A stretch of DNA of 63,814 nt, the filler included, from Thraustochytrium aureum (Eukaryota), in the NCBI GenBank assembly GCA_012862495.1. It is 4 parts of 2 records of this genome, joined end to end, with 100 filler letters (N's around TTAATTAATTAA, not from the genome) between each part and the next. Parts side by side here need not be neighbours in the genome. Positions count along the whole stretch, not along the records: positions 1 to 28,403 come from BLSG01000197.1; 3 more parts are not named here. One strand, 5' to 3'. Both the position numbers and the translations under genes were made by a program. Below, in pieces: positions 11,340 through 22,791 of this stretch. Within the stretch, counting starts at the first letter, position 1. Each line of letters starts with the position of its first letter. The notes beneath the pieces are model-generated. The model searched no databases and was not told where the DNA came from. It saw only the letters and a program-made list of their open reading frames with translations.

Positions 11340-14311
11340 ATGAGGGCCACTTCCGGCGGAGCTTGTTCGCAGCTCTGCTTGCCACGGTCGGCGCTGTTCG
11401 CGTGGGCAGCCTTCGCGCGGAAACGAGCGCAGTGCGCGGCGACGACGGGTTTGACGCAGCGCTGCGCAGCACAGCGCTGCATTTTGCGCGCGAGCAACTG
11501 CGCCCTGCCCTCGCCAGCGGCGCGCAAGGGGACGGTCTGGAGGAGGCCGAGGCCGAGGTCTCCCGCGCGCTCGGGGTGCCAGCGGAGCTGCGCCCAAGCG
11601 CATCCAGCGCAAAGGAAAGCCGGCCCGAGGCCGATGCTGGCGTCGAGGTATTCTACGTAGACGCACTGCACGGCGACGACCGCTCGAACGGCGGCAAGTC
11701 GGAAATCGACAGCGTCCGCTCGCTGCAGCGAGCCTTGCAGCTTTCACGCGCTTCTGGGGCCGCGCGCAAGAAAGTCGTCCTCGCGCCCGGCACGCACTAT
11801 GCAGGGGGCACTGCGCTGTACGGCTGCGATTCTAACCTTGAAATTGTCGGCGGCGGCCCTGGCGCCACGCTGAGTGGGGGCCTGCGCATCGACGGTCTCC
11901 AGTGGCGAGCCGACTGCGGCCTCGCCAGACCCAAAGTCCGATGCGTTGATCTCGGCAGCCCTGGTTTGGACCCCTCGACTGCCAATCAGCTATTCATCGG
12001 CGACGAACGCATGGTCCGCGCAAGGTTTCCAAATGGCGACCCAGAGCGCGTGGGGCTGCACACAGGCAAGCAGAACGAGCAACGGCAGACGCTCGAGGAG
12101 TTTGCGCTCCGCACCGGTTACCTAAAGCGATCGAGCGTCGCTGCCTGGACCAAGCGCCAGAACCACGGCGGCGCGGGCCCCGACGCGGTCCAGCTCAGCG
12201 TCGCAACGCCGTCGCTCGACGCCGATTTGGGCCATCCGGTCGTGTACCCGCGTTTTCANNNNNNNNNNNNNNNNNNNNNNNNNNNNNNNNNNNNNNNNNN
12301 NNNNNNNNNNNNNNNNNNNNNNNNNNNNNNNNNNNNNNNNNNNNNNNNNNNNNNNNNNNNNNNNNNNNNNNNNNNNNNNNNNNNNNNNNNNNNNNNNNNN
12401 NNNNNNNNNNNNNNNNNNNNNNNNNNNNNNNNNNNNNNNNNNNNNNNNNNNNNNNNNNNNNNNNNNNNNNNNNNNNNNNNNNNNNNNNNNNNNNNNNNNN
12501 NNNNNNNNNNNNNNNNNNNNNNNNNNNNNNNNNNNNNNNNNNNNNNNNNNNNNNNNNNNNNNNNNNNNNNNNNNNNNNNNNNNNNNNNNNNNNNNNNNNN
12601 NNNNNNNNNNNNNNNNNNNNNNNNNNNNNNNNNNNNNNNNNNNNNNNNNNNNNNNNNNNNNNNNGATGGGACTTCGCTCGCCGCCCGCATCGCCTCGTGG
12701 GGGGCCAACGCGACCGCCGCGATCGTCCACACTTTTCATGCCTTGTACTGGGGCAACTGGATGTTTCGGATCGGATCCATCGTTCCCGCCCCCGGCTCGG
12801 CGGGCATCGGCGAAGGCCCCGACGTCGAAAGCTCCGACGTCGAGGTCCGGTTCGCCGAGGGCGGCTTCCAAGAGGCGCGCGGCAGCGCTGAGGGCGCCGA
12901 GTGGTACGTGGAAAACCTTCTGCAAGAGCTGGACGCGCCCGGAGAGTGGTATCTGGACCCTGCCACGAGCCGCCTCTTCTTGTGGCCACCCGAGAGAGGG
13001 GATGGGGCCTCGTCAGCGCCTCCAGACCACATCACCCTCTCCCAGCACGCGCGCATCCTCGACATCTCCGGCCCGGTGCACAACATATCGGTTCGCAACC
13101 TGATCTTTCGTCATACCGCTTCCACCTTCATGCAGCCCTATGAGGTTCCCTCCGGCGGAGACTGGTCCGTGCAGCGCAATGGGGCCGTCTACGCGCACGG
13201 CCCGTCTTTTGGGCTCCGCCTGGAGCAGTGCACTTTCGACCGCCTCGGCGGGACAGCCGTTTTTCTGAGCGGCCGGCATGAAGGAGCAGTTGTGAGCCGG
13301 AACCGCTTTGCGCGCCTTGGTGCAGACGCCGTCGTGCTGCTTGGTGCCGCGGAAGGGATCGACGCAACGGCCGGTGACGTGCCGCACGGGACGCTCGTCG
13401 CGAGCAATTTTTGCACCATGCCGGGCGTCTGGCAAAAGCAGGCCGGCTGCATGTATCAGTCACTCGCTGCGGCGACGCAGGTCGTGGGCAACGTCATGTT
13501 TGATGGTCCGAGAGCCGCGATCAACTTTAACGACGGCATGTATGGAGGCCACAACGTGTCTGGCAATCTGGGCTTTCGAATGGTGCGCGAGACCTCCGAC
13601 CACGGTGTGTTCAACTCGTGGGACCGTCAGCCGTATCTGACCCGGCAGAGCGAGTCAACCTGGTCGACGTTGCGTCGCCCAAGCGTGATCCAGCGCAACC
13701 TCTTTGTGGGGGACTTCAACACGATTTGGCCCATCGACCACGACGACGGGAGCGCGTTCTACGTGAACGTCAACAACGTGCTTGCCTACGGCGGGTCAAA
13801 GAACTTTCTTGGCCACTCGAAGACGTTCCAGCACAACTTGTATCTGTACCCTAACCGGCTTTTTGGCAACTTTATCGACCTCGTCGGCAAGCCCTTTTGC
13901 CACACGGCCGACTCGAGCGGGCCCGACAACAACTTTGGCGAGCGATGGGAGTCTAATACGTGCCTGACTGAGGGAGCGCTTTACGGTTTGGCTCAGTGCG
14001 ACCTGGCGGAGATGACCCGGTTCCCACAGCCGCGCTTCTCCTCCAACCGTTTCCTTGTTGTGGGCGCACATCGTGATGGAGTGGGCCAGCACGCCGGCTC
14101 GCCGCCGAATTCAAGTCCGGGCAACGCCACAGTGCTTTGTGGCACCCGGCACGTCGCCTGGGAGGAGTGGCAAGGGGCAGGCATGGACTTCAACTCGACG
14201 CTCAAAGTGCTTTCAGCGGCCCCCGGGGGCGCCTGGATCCGCCGACTCGTGTTGGAACGCCTGGGGTTGGCCGCGAGCAGCCTCGCTCCAGAGGTCTCGT
14301 CGGTGGTTTAG
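11340..14311 (+). CDS. Secreted right-handed parallel beta-helix protein (pectin-lyase fold, GH141-like); contains gap
   Basis: FYVDALHGDD, LSGGLRI, QLFIGDERMVRARFPN, WYVENLLQELDAPGEWYLD, PRAAINFNDG, RETSDHGVFNSWDR, IDHDDGS. A signal-like start from ATG 11340 needs a one-base frameshift. Gap 12259-12664. Confidence 0.75.
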
Positions 14312-14423
14312 TCCGCCTGGGGCCCCCGGCGGGTCGGATCTCTACTGCGGCGGCCGGACACCTCTGCAGGCGGTCGCCTGGTCTGTAGCGAAGGCGGGAG
14401 CTCACTCTCCTTCTAAAGAAATG

Positions 14424-14591
14424 CTAATCATCTTCGTCGAGTCCGAGCATTGAGGCGAACCGCAGGGCCAGTTCCGCGGCAGCCTCGCGGCGCTCTGCTT
14501 CAGACAGCCCAGACTGGTTGTCTCGCATCTGCTTGATCTGCTCCATCATTGACATCATGGCGCCCATCTCCACTTGGTCTGAATCGGCATC
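14424..14591 (-). CDS. AAGAB: C-terminal fragment, probable alpha/gamma-adaptin-binding protein p34 (AAGAB) homolog; rest lies in gap
   Basis: Hand translation DADSDQVEMGAMMSMMEQIKQMRDNQSGLSEAERREAAAELALRFASMLGLDEDD* resembles the adaptin-binding C-terminal helix pair (...MRD....L....RRE.AA.LA......G). Confidence 0.6.
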   Translation of the reverse strand, partial: DADSDQVEMGAMMSMMEQIKQMRDNQSGLSEAERREAAAELALRFASMLGLDEDD

Positions 14592-15528
14592 GTNNNNNNN
14601 NNNNNNNNNNNNNNNNNNNNNNNNNNNNNNNNNNNNNNNNNNNNNNNNNNNNNNNNNNNNNNNNNNNNNNNNNNNNNNNNNNNNNNNNNNNNNNNNNNNN
14701 NNNNNNNNNNNNNNNNNNNNNNNNNNNNNNNNNNNNNNNNNNNNNNNNNNNNNNNNNNNNNNNNNNNNNNNNNNNNNNNNNNNNNNNNNNNNNNNNNNNN
14801 NNNNNNNNNNNNNNNNNNNNNNNNNNNNNNNNNNNNNNNNNNNNNNNNNNNNNNNNNNNNNNNNNNNNNNNNNNNNNNNNNNNNNNNNNNNNNNNNNNNN
14901 NNNNNNNNNNNNNNNNNNNNNNNNNNNNNNNNNNNNNNNNNNNNNNNNNNNNNNNNNNNNNNNNNNNNNNNNNNNNNNNNNNNNNNNNNNNNNNNNNNNN
15001 NNNNNNNNNNNNNNNNNNNNNNNNNNNNNNNNNNNNNNNNNNNNNNNNNNNNNNNNNNNNNNNNNNNNNNNNNNNNNNNNNNNNNNNNNNNNNNNNNNNN
15101 NNNNNNNNNNNNNNNNNNNNNNNNNNNNNNNNNNNNNNNNNNNNNNNNNNNNNNNNNNNNNNNNNNNNNNNNNNNNNNNNNNNNNNNNNNNNNNNNNNNN
15201 NNNNNNNNNNNNNNNNNNNNNNNNNNNNNNNNNNNNNNNNNNNNNNNNNNNNNNNNNNNNNNNNNNNNNNNNNNNNNNNNNNNNNNNNNNNNNNNNNNNN
15301 NNNNNNNNNNNNNNNNNNNNNNNNNNNNNNNNNNNNNNNNNNNNNNNNNNNNNNNNNNNNNNNNNNNNNNNNNNNNNNNNNNNNNNNNNNNNNNNNNNNN
15401 NNNNNNNNNNNNNNNNNNNNNNNNNNNNNNNNNNNNNNNNNNNNNNNNNNNNNNNNNNNNNNNNNNNNNNNNNNNNNNNNNNNNNNNNNNNNNNNNNNNN
15501 NNNNNNNNNNNNNNNNNNNNNNNNNNNG

Positions 15529-17015
15529 AGGCGTACCTGCAGAATGGAAAGGACCTGTTCGAGACGCTGGAGGAAAGAGGCGTCAAAAGGTGCGAGGCTG
15601 CTCTAGTGGAACTCGAGGTCGCAGCGAACGAGTGCGCGAAACGCGCGGCGAGGGAGCAGGAGGGGAGGCAAGACGAGATGCAAGAGCTGCTGCGAAAGGT
15701 TACGATCGACGGGGGGGCACACGCGAGCGCGCGACAGGGCACGATCGACGAGGACCTCAATGCTTTGGCCGAGCTCGAAGCAGAACTCGAAGCCAGGCGG
15801 CTAGAGCGTCAAGTCACGAAGAAAGCCCTGGAGCAGCGCATAGAACGCAACCATGCGCCGCTCAAGGCGGCAGAAACGCGAGCGCCGACGGGTGGTCCAG
15901 AACGCAGCGAGTGACGCCGAGCGATAGCCCCCCGCCAGCCGATCACGTCATCGACCTTCTCGACTCGTCGGAGGACGAGGACGAGCTGTTGACCGCGCGC
16001 GACAAGGCTGCGCGAGACCGCCTGCGCGAGTTAGTTGCTCACGCGGAAAAGCGCCGCGAAGAAAGCCTCGCCTGGCGAGCCAAGTACCCCCTCGCCGAGG
16101 CAGGCGACGGCAAGGCTTGCGACCTTGACCTGATGCCGCCCTTGACAAAGGAGGAGCAGGAACTGTACAACTACGCCATGGAGGGCGGCGACGACGACGA
16201 CGTGCTTTTCGAGCGGTTCAACGCCCCAGTGTACCGGTCCCAGATGCGGTGTTTGCTGCCTGGGGCGTGGCTAAACGACGAGCTCATCAACCAATACCTG
16301 GCGCTAATTCGGCAGCGCTCCCTTGAGCTGGTCGAGTCCGGGGCTAGCCCGTCCATCAAGTGCTATTGCCACTTGACTCTGTTCTACTCCAAGCTTATGG
16401 AAGGCGGGGTGTACGACTACAAGCGCGTGAAGAAATGGACCAACCGCGGGCTGCGCAAATGCGACCTTTTCGAAATGGACATTGTCTTCTTCCCTCGCAA
16501 TATCGGCGACGCGCACTGGGCGCTGTGCGTGGCTTATATTCAGGATCGCCGCGTCGAGTACTTTGATTCGATGTCAGGGTCCGGCACAGACTGCATCAAC
16601 AACGTGCTCCGGTACTTGGCCGACGAGCACGTGGAGAAGAAGGGCTCGCCGATGGACACTTCAGACTGGGGCGCGAAGAGCTGGTACGTTGCTGCTGACG
16701 ATCGACGCTTGCACGGATTGCTGGCGGGGGCCTCTTGCTTCGCTGTTGATCGTTGCGTGCCGGTTCGCAACCTTTGAGCTAACGCGCGCGGGCCTTGGGT
16801 TTATCGTCACTAAATTGCGCAGGGGTGCGTCCGTGCCGCAGCAGAACAACTGCAACGACTGCGGCGTTTTCACGAGCACGTTCGCCAACTTTCTCTCGTT
16901 GGGGCAGCCGCTAAACTTCACCGCGAAGGACATGAGATATTTTCGCAAGCGCATCTGCGTCGACCTCATGTCGGGCGCTGCTTCGTTCGCGCACCCCGAC
17001 GCCTGCTCGGCCTGA
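15529..17015 (+). CDS. Ulp1/SENP SUMO protease (peptidase C48), 5' partial; intron 16684-16822; frameshift near 15890
   Basis: WLNDELINQY, catalytic His (AHWAL), Asp (YFDS) and Gln/Cys (PQQNNCNDCGVF). Removing GTACGT...CGCAG joins KSW to GASVPQQ in frame. Coiled-coil N-terminal region. Confidence 0.9.
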
Positions 17016-17420
17016 GCGCCGCGAGGCTCCGTCCGCACCCATCCCGAGCGCAAGAGGTTGCCCCGCCCTGCAACCTCGCGCGCCTGGCTTCGCGTCGAGC
17101 TCTAGCTCGAGTTCGCTCGAGGCGAGAGAGCTGCCCTCGAGAGAGCTCTCGCTGGAGCTCTCGCAACCTCCTACTAGAAGTACAGAGCGAGAGAGCCCGC
17201 GGACAAACAAAGACCCCGACATGCTGCGCTGGTTGAGCCGACCACCTGCGCGACCGCCCGCAGCCACGCGGCAGCCAGCCCCAGTGCCACCCAGCCTCGC
17301 TTGCAGACCAGGCCGAGCACGTCCAAGTCCGAGCGCGTCCAAGCCCATGAATCCGGTGTTTCCGGTCGCCTGCCCGGACGGACACAGAGCGAGCTGGGCA
17401 GTTGGTTGGGCCTCCAGAGC

Positions 17421-17958
17421 GCCAAGCGAGCGGCCGGCCTTTCGCATGCCAGACGAGCANNNNNNNNNNNNNNNNNNNNNNNNNNNNNNNNNNNNNNNNN
17501 NNNNNNNNNNNNNNNNNNNNNNNNNNNNNNNNNNNNNNNNNNNNNNNNNNNNNNNNNNNNNNNNNNNNNNNNNNNNNNNNNNNNNNNNNNNNNNNNNNNN
17601 NNNNNNNNNNNNNNNNNNNNNNNNNNNNNNNNNNNNNNNNNNNNNNNNNNNNNNNNNNNNNNNNNNNNNNNNNNNNNNNNNNNNNNNNNNNNNNNNNNNN
17701 NNNNNNNNNNNNNNNNNNNNNNNNNNNNNNNNNNNNNNNNNNNNNNNNNNNNNNNNNNNNNNNNNNNNNNNNNNNNNNNNNGAGCTGCAGAGCAGAGCTG
17801 CAGAGCTGAGCTGCAGAGCTGAGCGGCAGAGCTGAGCGGCAGAGCTGAGCGGCAGAGCTGAGTTGCGGAGCTGAACGCCAAGCGAGCGGTCGGCCTTTCG
17901 CATGCCAGACGAGCTGAGCGGCAGAGCTGAGTTGCGGAGCTGAGTTGCAGAGCTGAGC
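17421..17958. repeat. Compound repeat: 38-bp direct repeat plus GAGCT(GAG)CGGCA minisatellite
   Basis: GCCAAGCGAGCGG(C/T)CGGCCTTTCGCATGCCAGACGAGC at 17421 and 17877, with tandem AGAGCTGAGCGGC units beside the gap. Confidence 0.8.
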
Positions 17959-18068
17959 GGCGGCCGATTCGCCCGCAGGACTGCAGGGTCTCTGGCGCGC
18001 CCGACCGCTCCCTGGGCCGGGCGCTCGCTCTCTCGCGACGAGCTTCCTTTGGAAAGAGCCCAGCGAGG

Positions 18069-20332
18069 ATGGCGGGTGCCGTGGACGAGGGCGCCGTCCG
18101 CCTCGAGGTCCACGAGGCGGCGTCGACGAAGGAGAGCAAGGGCGGCGCGTGGTGCTGCTGCGACAGCCGCGTGCAGGAGACGGGGCGCGGGACTGCAGGC
18201 AAGACGAGGACTGGTGGCTGAAACAGAATCAACCAAACGTGCAGCGGTTTGACGAGTGCTGCGAAGCTGGCACCTGCTGCTTTGGGGAATGCTCGCCGCA
18301 GGGGACGCCACGGACGAGAGATACGGCCCCGTGCTTGCGCAGGACTGCGACAGGCTCGTACCGTCCCCGCGCACTCGGTTGTCGAGGTCTCCACGACGCT
18401 CGAGCTCGGGGACGCAGTTGCTTGGGCCGCCGAAGTAGTACCAAGCTCATGCCTCGCTCGCGGCAACGCGAGGGTGCGCTTTAGTGCATATTGGTTCGAC
18501 CAGAGCAACGGTCAAGCTGCCGACACGCGCTCAGACGCGTTCGGCATTGGCGAGCACTTTCCCAGCAAGCCAATCTGCACAGCGGACGGCCCCTCGATTG
18601 GGAGTCTGGAGATGGACGGCTCCCTTGCGACGCGTGGGGCCCTGGTCCTCTCTCTTGACAACCGCTCCTCAAACACGTCCAAGCGCATCGTGCGCCTTAC
18701 GGTCCAGCTGCGCGGATCCCTCGCGGGGTCGCCGATGCGCACGCCGTTTGGTCGCGGCCGTGTCGTCGGCTGGACGGGGTCCAGTTTCCAGGTCGACGCG
18801 GGTTTGGCACAGCGTACATTCCTCCCTGCAACGTGCAGGGCATGGCCGAGGCGCGCCCGGGCGCAGACTGCGTCGCCCTGCGAGGCACTCCAGTATTTCG
18901 CGTTCAGCACATCCACAAGCCGTTCAAGTACTATCCGTCGCTTGACACGCTTGGGATCAACATGATCGCTGGGGCGTTCGACCGAACCCCAGAGGCTCAC
19001 CATCAGCTTTGGCCAAAGTTGAGCGAGGGCGACAAGCAAGTCCTCCGCGAGGCGTTTGCCGGGTTTGACGTGTCTCGCGTCATCGACTACCACGTGCACG
19101 TAATTGGGTCCGGCCAGAGCGGGTCGGGCTGCTACATCACGCCAAAGATGACGGATCCGTTTCGCTCGCCGTTCGGGTACGTCAAGCTCAAAGCATTCAT
19201 GAGCGCCGCGGGGATTGGCCTCATTAATAGCGACCAGGCTTACGAGGATCGGCTCCTCACGTTGTGCGCCAACCTCGAGGACGTCCCGTCGCGCCTCCAC
19301 CCCTCCGAAACCCAAGCGCGCGCTGACACGGCCCAAGACCACGAACAGGTACGGTCGGCCGCCGAGGCAAACGGCGCCGCTCCAGCGGTCCGGAACAAAC
19401 TCGTCTGCCTCGCCTTCGACCGCACGTACGGCGAGGATGGCCTCGCGCGCGTCGAGAAGACCACATTGCACATTCCGAACGACTACGCGTACGCGTTTGC
19501 AGCGCGGCACCCCGAGTTTTGCATTCCGGCCTGCTCTGTCCATCCGTATCGCGAGGACTGCGAGCGCGAGCTCGAGCGGTGCCACAGCCTGGGCATGCGC
19601 CTTGTCAAATGGCTTCCGAACAGCATGATGATCGACCCGCTGTCCGAGCTCTGCGACCGCTTCTACCGCAAGGCGCGCGAGCTAGGAATGATCATACTTT
19701 CCCACACGGGCGAGGAGCACAGCGTCTCGTCAGCAGGGCTCGTCAACGAGTTTGGCAACCCGCTGCGGCTCAGACGGGCGCTGGACCACGGGGTCAAGGT
19801 TATTGCTGCGCACATGGCAACGGAGGGGACAGCGGTGGACCTGGACCGCGCCGGCGAGGCCTGCTGCTCGCAGTTTCCGCCGCGGGAGCAAAACTTTCGA
19901 CTGCTTATGCGGCTTCTGCGCGAGCCAAAGTACAAGGGGCTGCTCTTCGCGGACTTTAGCGCCGTTATCGCCATCAAGCGGGCAGGCTACGTGCACCGCA
20001 TCTTGGACAGCACCGACATTCATGACAGGCTCGTCTACGGGTCGGACTACCCTGTGCCGTGCCTCAACTTTGGCGTCGTCACGCGCCAGTTGCAGGCATA
20101 CGGACTCATAACCGGCCCGCAACGCCGCGTGTTGCAGAAGGTCTACCGCTACAACCCGCTCTTGTTCGACTTGGCCTGCAAGCGCTTCCTTCGCACCGCA
20201 AAGGGCAACCGCCTCCCCGACCACTGCTACTACCAGCACCCTGAGCTGGAGCTCGAGAGGCCCTTCGCCGAAGGCCTGGCGGCCTGGAAGGCGCAGCGGG
20301 GTACCGTGCCGCGGCCGCCGCCGAGCAGCTGA
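18069..20332 (+). CDS. Amidohydrolase_2 (metal-dependent TIM barrel) with N-terminal Cys-rich and GOLD-like domains; several frameshifts in the 5' part
   Basis: IDYHVHVIG (HxH), SVHPYR, VKWLPNSM, LSHTGEEH, IAAHMA, LVYGSDYP in the 18833-20332 ORF. Upstream frames give DCRQDEDWWLK...CCEAGTCCFGEC and VPAHSVVEV...LVLSLDNRSS...VRLTV. Confidence 0.8.
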
Positions 20333-20437
20333 GGCGCCGCCGCCCCAACCATGCGGAGGGCACAAACCGGAGCCAGTGAGTGAATCGAGCGAAAAGGCTG
20401 TGTTTCTTTTACTTTCTCTCGGAGCGCTTTGGCGCTC

Positions 20438-22791
20438 CTAGTAGCGGCCCTTCTTGCTGCGCTTGCGGCTTGCACCGGCCTCCTCGTCGCCGTCGTNNNN
20501 NNNNNNNNNNNNNNNNNNNNNNNNNNNNNNNNNNNNNNNNNNNNNNNNNNNNNNNNNNNNNNNNNNNNNNNNNNNNNNNNNNNNNNNNNNNNNNNNNNNN
20601 NNNNNNNNNNNNNNNNNNNNNNNNNNNNNNNNNNNNNNNNNNNNNNNNNNNNNNNNNNNNNNNNNNNNNNNNNNNNNNNNNNNNNCTCGTCGCCGTCGTC
20701 CTCGCGGCGGCTCTTCTTCCTATCCGACTCGGTCGCCTTGCGCTCGAGCTCGTCCCAGCTCTCGCCGTCCTCGTCGTCGTCCTCCTCGTCGTCGTCATCA
20801 TCCTTGCTGTCCTCCGAGTCCACCACGCTTGCCCAGTCGTCCTCGTCCTCGTCACTGTCCTCCTTGGCGTCGCTCTCGGCAAACTCGGACTCGTCCGAGC
20901 CCTCGCCCTCCTCCTCGTCTTCGTCGTCATCGATGCGCAAAAAGTTCCAGCCGATGTCCTTCTTCTCGCCCTCGTTGTCCACATTCTTCCAAAACACGCC
21001 CTCTTCGATCTCGTGGTAGACCCCCTCCATGACGGTTTTCCAGTTGAGCGCGCGCACTCCCGCGGTGAAGGTGATGTCTCCTTTCTGCGAGAGCCACGTC
21101 CGGATTGTGTCGAGGCTCTCAATCGGGATCGAAGTGATGCGCTGCGGGATGGACGAGTTGGGCTCCATCTGCGACTTGAGGATGATGACCATGTCAAAGT
21201 TCTTTGTGTGGCTCTCGACGCGCTCGAAGTGGATGTGCTCGACGTCGTCCAGCGTGAGGACGAAGAAGGGCGTCTCGGTGAGGTTGACCAAGCAGTGCGT
21301 CGTGGGGTTGAGCCAGACCATCTCGCGGTGCGGCACGCCCTGAAAGGCCAGCTTGCGCTCCAGGATGTCGTACTCGCCGTCGTAGCCGATCTGCTGATCC
21401 CGCTCGCGGACGAGCTGCACGGTGCTGTTGCAAAACTTCTTAAACTCCTTGTTGAGCCTCCGCTTGTACTGCTGCTCGCGGTACTCCTCCTCCTCCTCCT
21501 CGTGCTCGTTGCGGCCTTTGCCGTCGAGCGCCGTCGAGCTGTCGACCACCTCGGTGAAAAACTGCACGTCGTACGTCTTTGTGCGGCCGACCATGATCGG
21601 GTTCTTGAGGTGAAAGTGGATGATAACCGTGAGCTCGCGCTTGCACTCCTGGAAGAAAAAGTGCTTGACGTTGGCGTAGATCAGATCGAACTGCTCGCGC
21701 GTCTTGGTGGTGAACCGGAAGCCGTTCGCGTGCGCTTGCAGCTTGCCGACGCTTCGCCCCTTCCGGATGCTGGGGCGCATGCTGATGTTGCTCAGGGTGG
21801 GGCTCTGGCGATCCTTGAGGATCACGAGGTCCATCTGGTCGACGAGGTCGGCCTCCTGCTCCTTTTGCTTTTGCTTTGCGCGCACGCGCTTCTGCATCTC
21901 CTTGATGAGCCTGAACTGGTGGCTCAGGTTTCGATGGTCGCGCGACCGGAAGGTGAGCTCCTTGACGTAGTTGAGCGCTGGGTACTTTGTCATCAGCGCC
22001 CGCATGGTCGGGGGCACGTCGCGGGCAAAGTTGGCAGACCCCGTCGGGTAGAAAAACGAAAACCGGAGCAGGGTCTGGCGCTCCTCGTCGATCCGGTTGA
22101 CCGTCTTGATGGTGGAGATGTGAAACGGCACGTGGTAGCCCCCTAGCGGGAGCAGCACCGCGTCTCGCTTCCTGTCGCACGTGATCTGGTTGGGAATCAG
22201 GTCAGGATACGACTTGGTGCCCTTCGCGTAAACGTCCATCACCTTGGCGGAGGCGGCGTCGTCCGTCTCGCCCCCGTCCGCCTCTTCGTCCTCCTCCTCG
22301 TTGCCGTCCTCCCCAGCGGCCGAGCGGTTTGCCTTTTCAGCGCGCGGGCCGCCTTTTTCTTCATCAGCTGGTCCTGCATTTCCGCGATCCTGGCCTCGTC
22401 GTTCGCAGCCTCGCGCTCCATCTGCAGCTGCTGGGGCGTCTTGGTGCTGGAACGTGTGATTCGGCCGCCACCGGCGCTTTGCAGCTTGCGCGCCAGGGCG
22501 ACGTCATCGTCCGCTCCGTCGCCCTCCCCGTCCTCCCCGTCCTCGTCGTCGTCCTCGTCGTCGTCGTCGTCATTCTCGAGGTTGTAGTGGATGTCCTCGA
22601 AGGCGGCCTTCACCTTGGCCGTGAGGATTTCTGTGCCGCCTTTTGCGCGCACAAACACCGTGTCGCCGATGAGAGCCGAGTACGTGCCGCTCTTCAGGGT
22701 GGGCTTCTTGGCTCGTTCTGCTTCGGGCAGCGGCACGTGCTCAAAGGAGGCGGCCACGTAAAACGCCATCCCAGCCTCGACGACCACCGTG
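20438..22791 (-). CDS. SPT16: FACT complex subunit Spt16, 5' partial; frameshift near 22330
   Basis: VLLPLGGYHVPFHISTIKTV, YVKELTFRS, GKLQAHANGFRF, HFHLKNPIMVG...DVQFFTEV, ERVESHTKNFDMV, acidic tail and GESWDELERKA. Ends ...RKRSKKGRY* after the gap. Confidence 0.96.

Noticed and set aside
14518..15760. Long ORFs spanning N gaps
   Set aside because: Artefacts of translating Ns as X. They join unrelated flanks.
17421..17958. 38-bp direct repeats as a CRISPR array
   Set aside because: Only two visible copies, minisatellite rather than unique spacers between them, no cas genes, and a eukaryotic context.
18219..18221. In-frame TGA after ATG 18069 (possible selenocysteine or readthrough)
   Set aside because: The alternative frames across this stretch read as more plausible protein through successive indels, and no SECIS was recognised.
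20380..22146. Long antisense ORFs (e.g. opposite SPT16, CSN4, RPS3, legumain)
   Set aside because: Shadow ORFs expected from high GC3 codon bias, with no recognisable domains.
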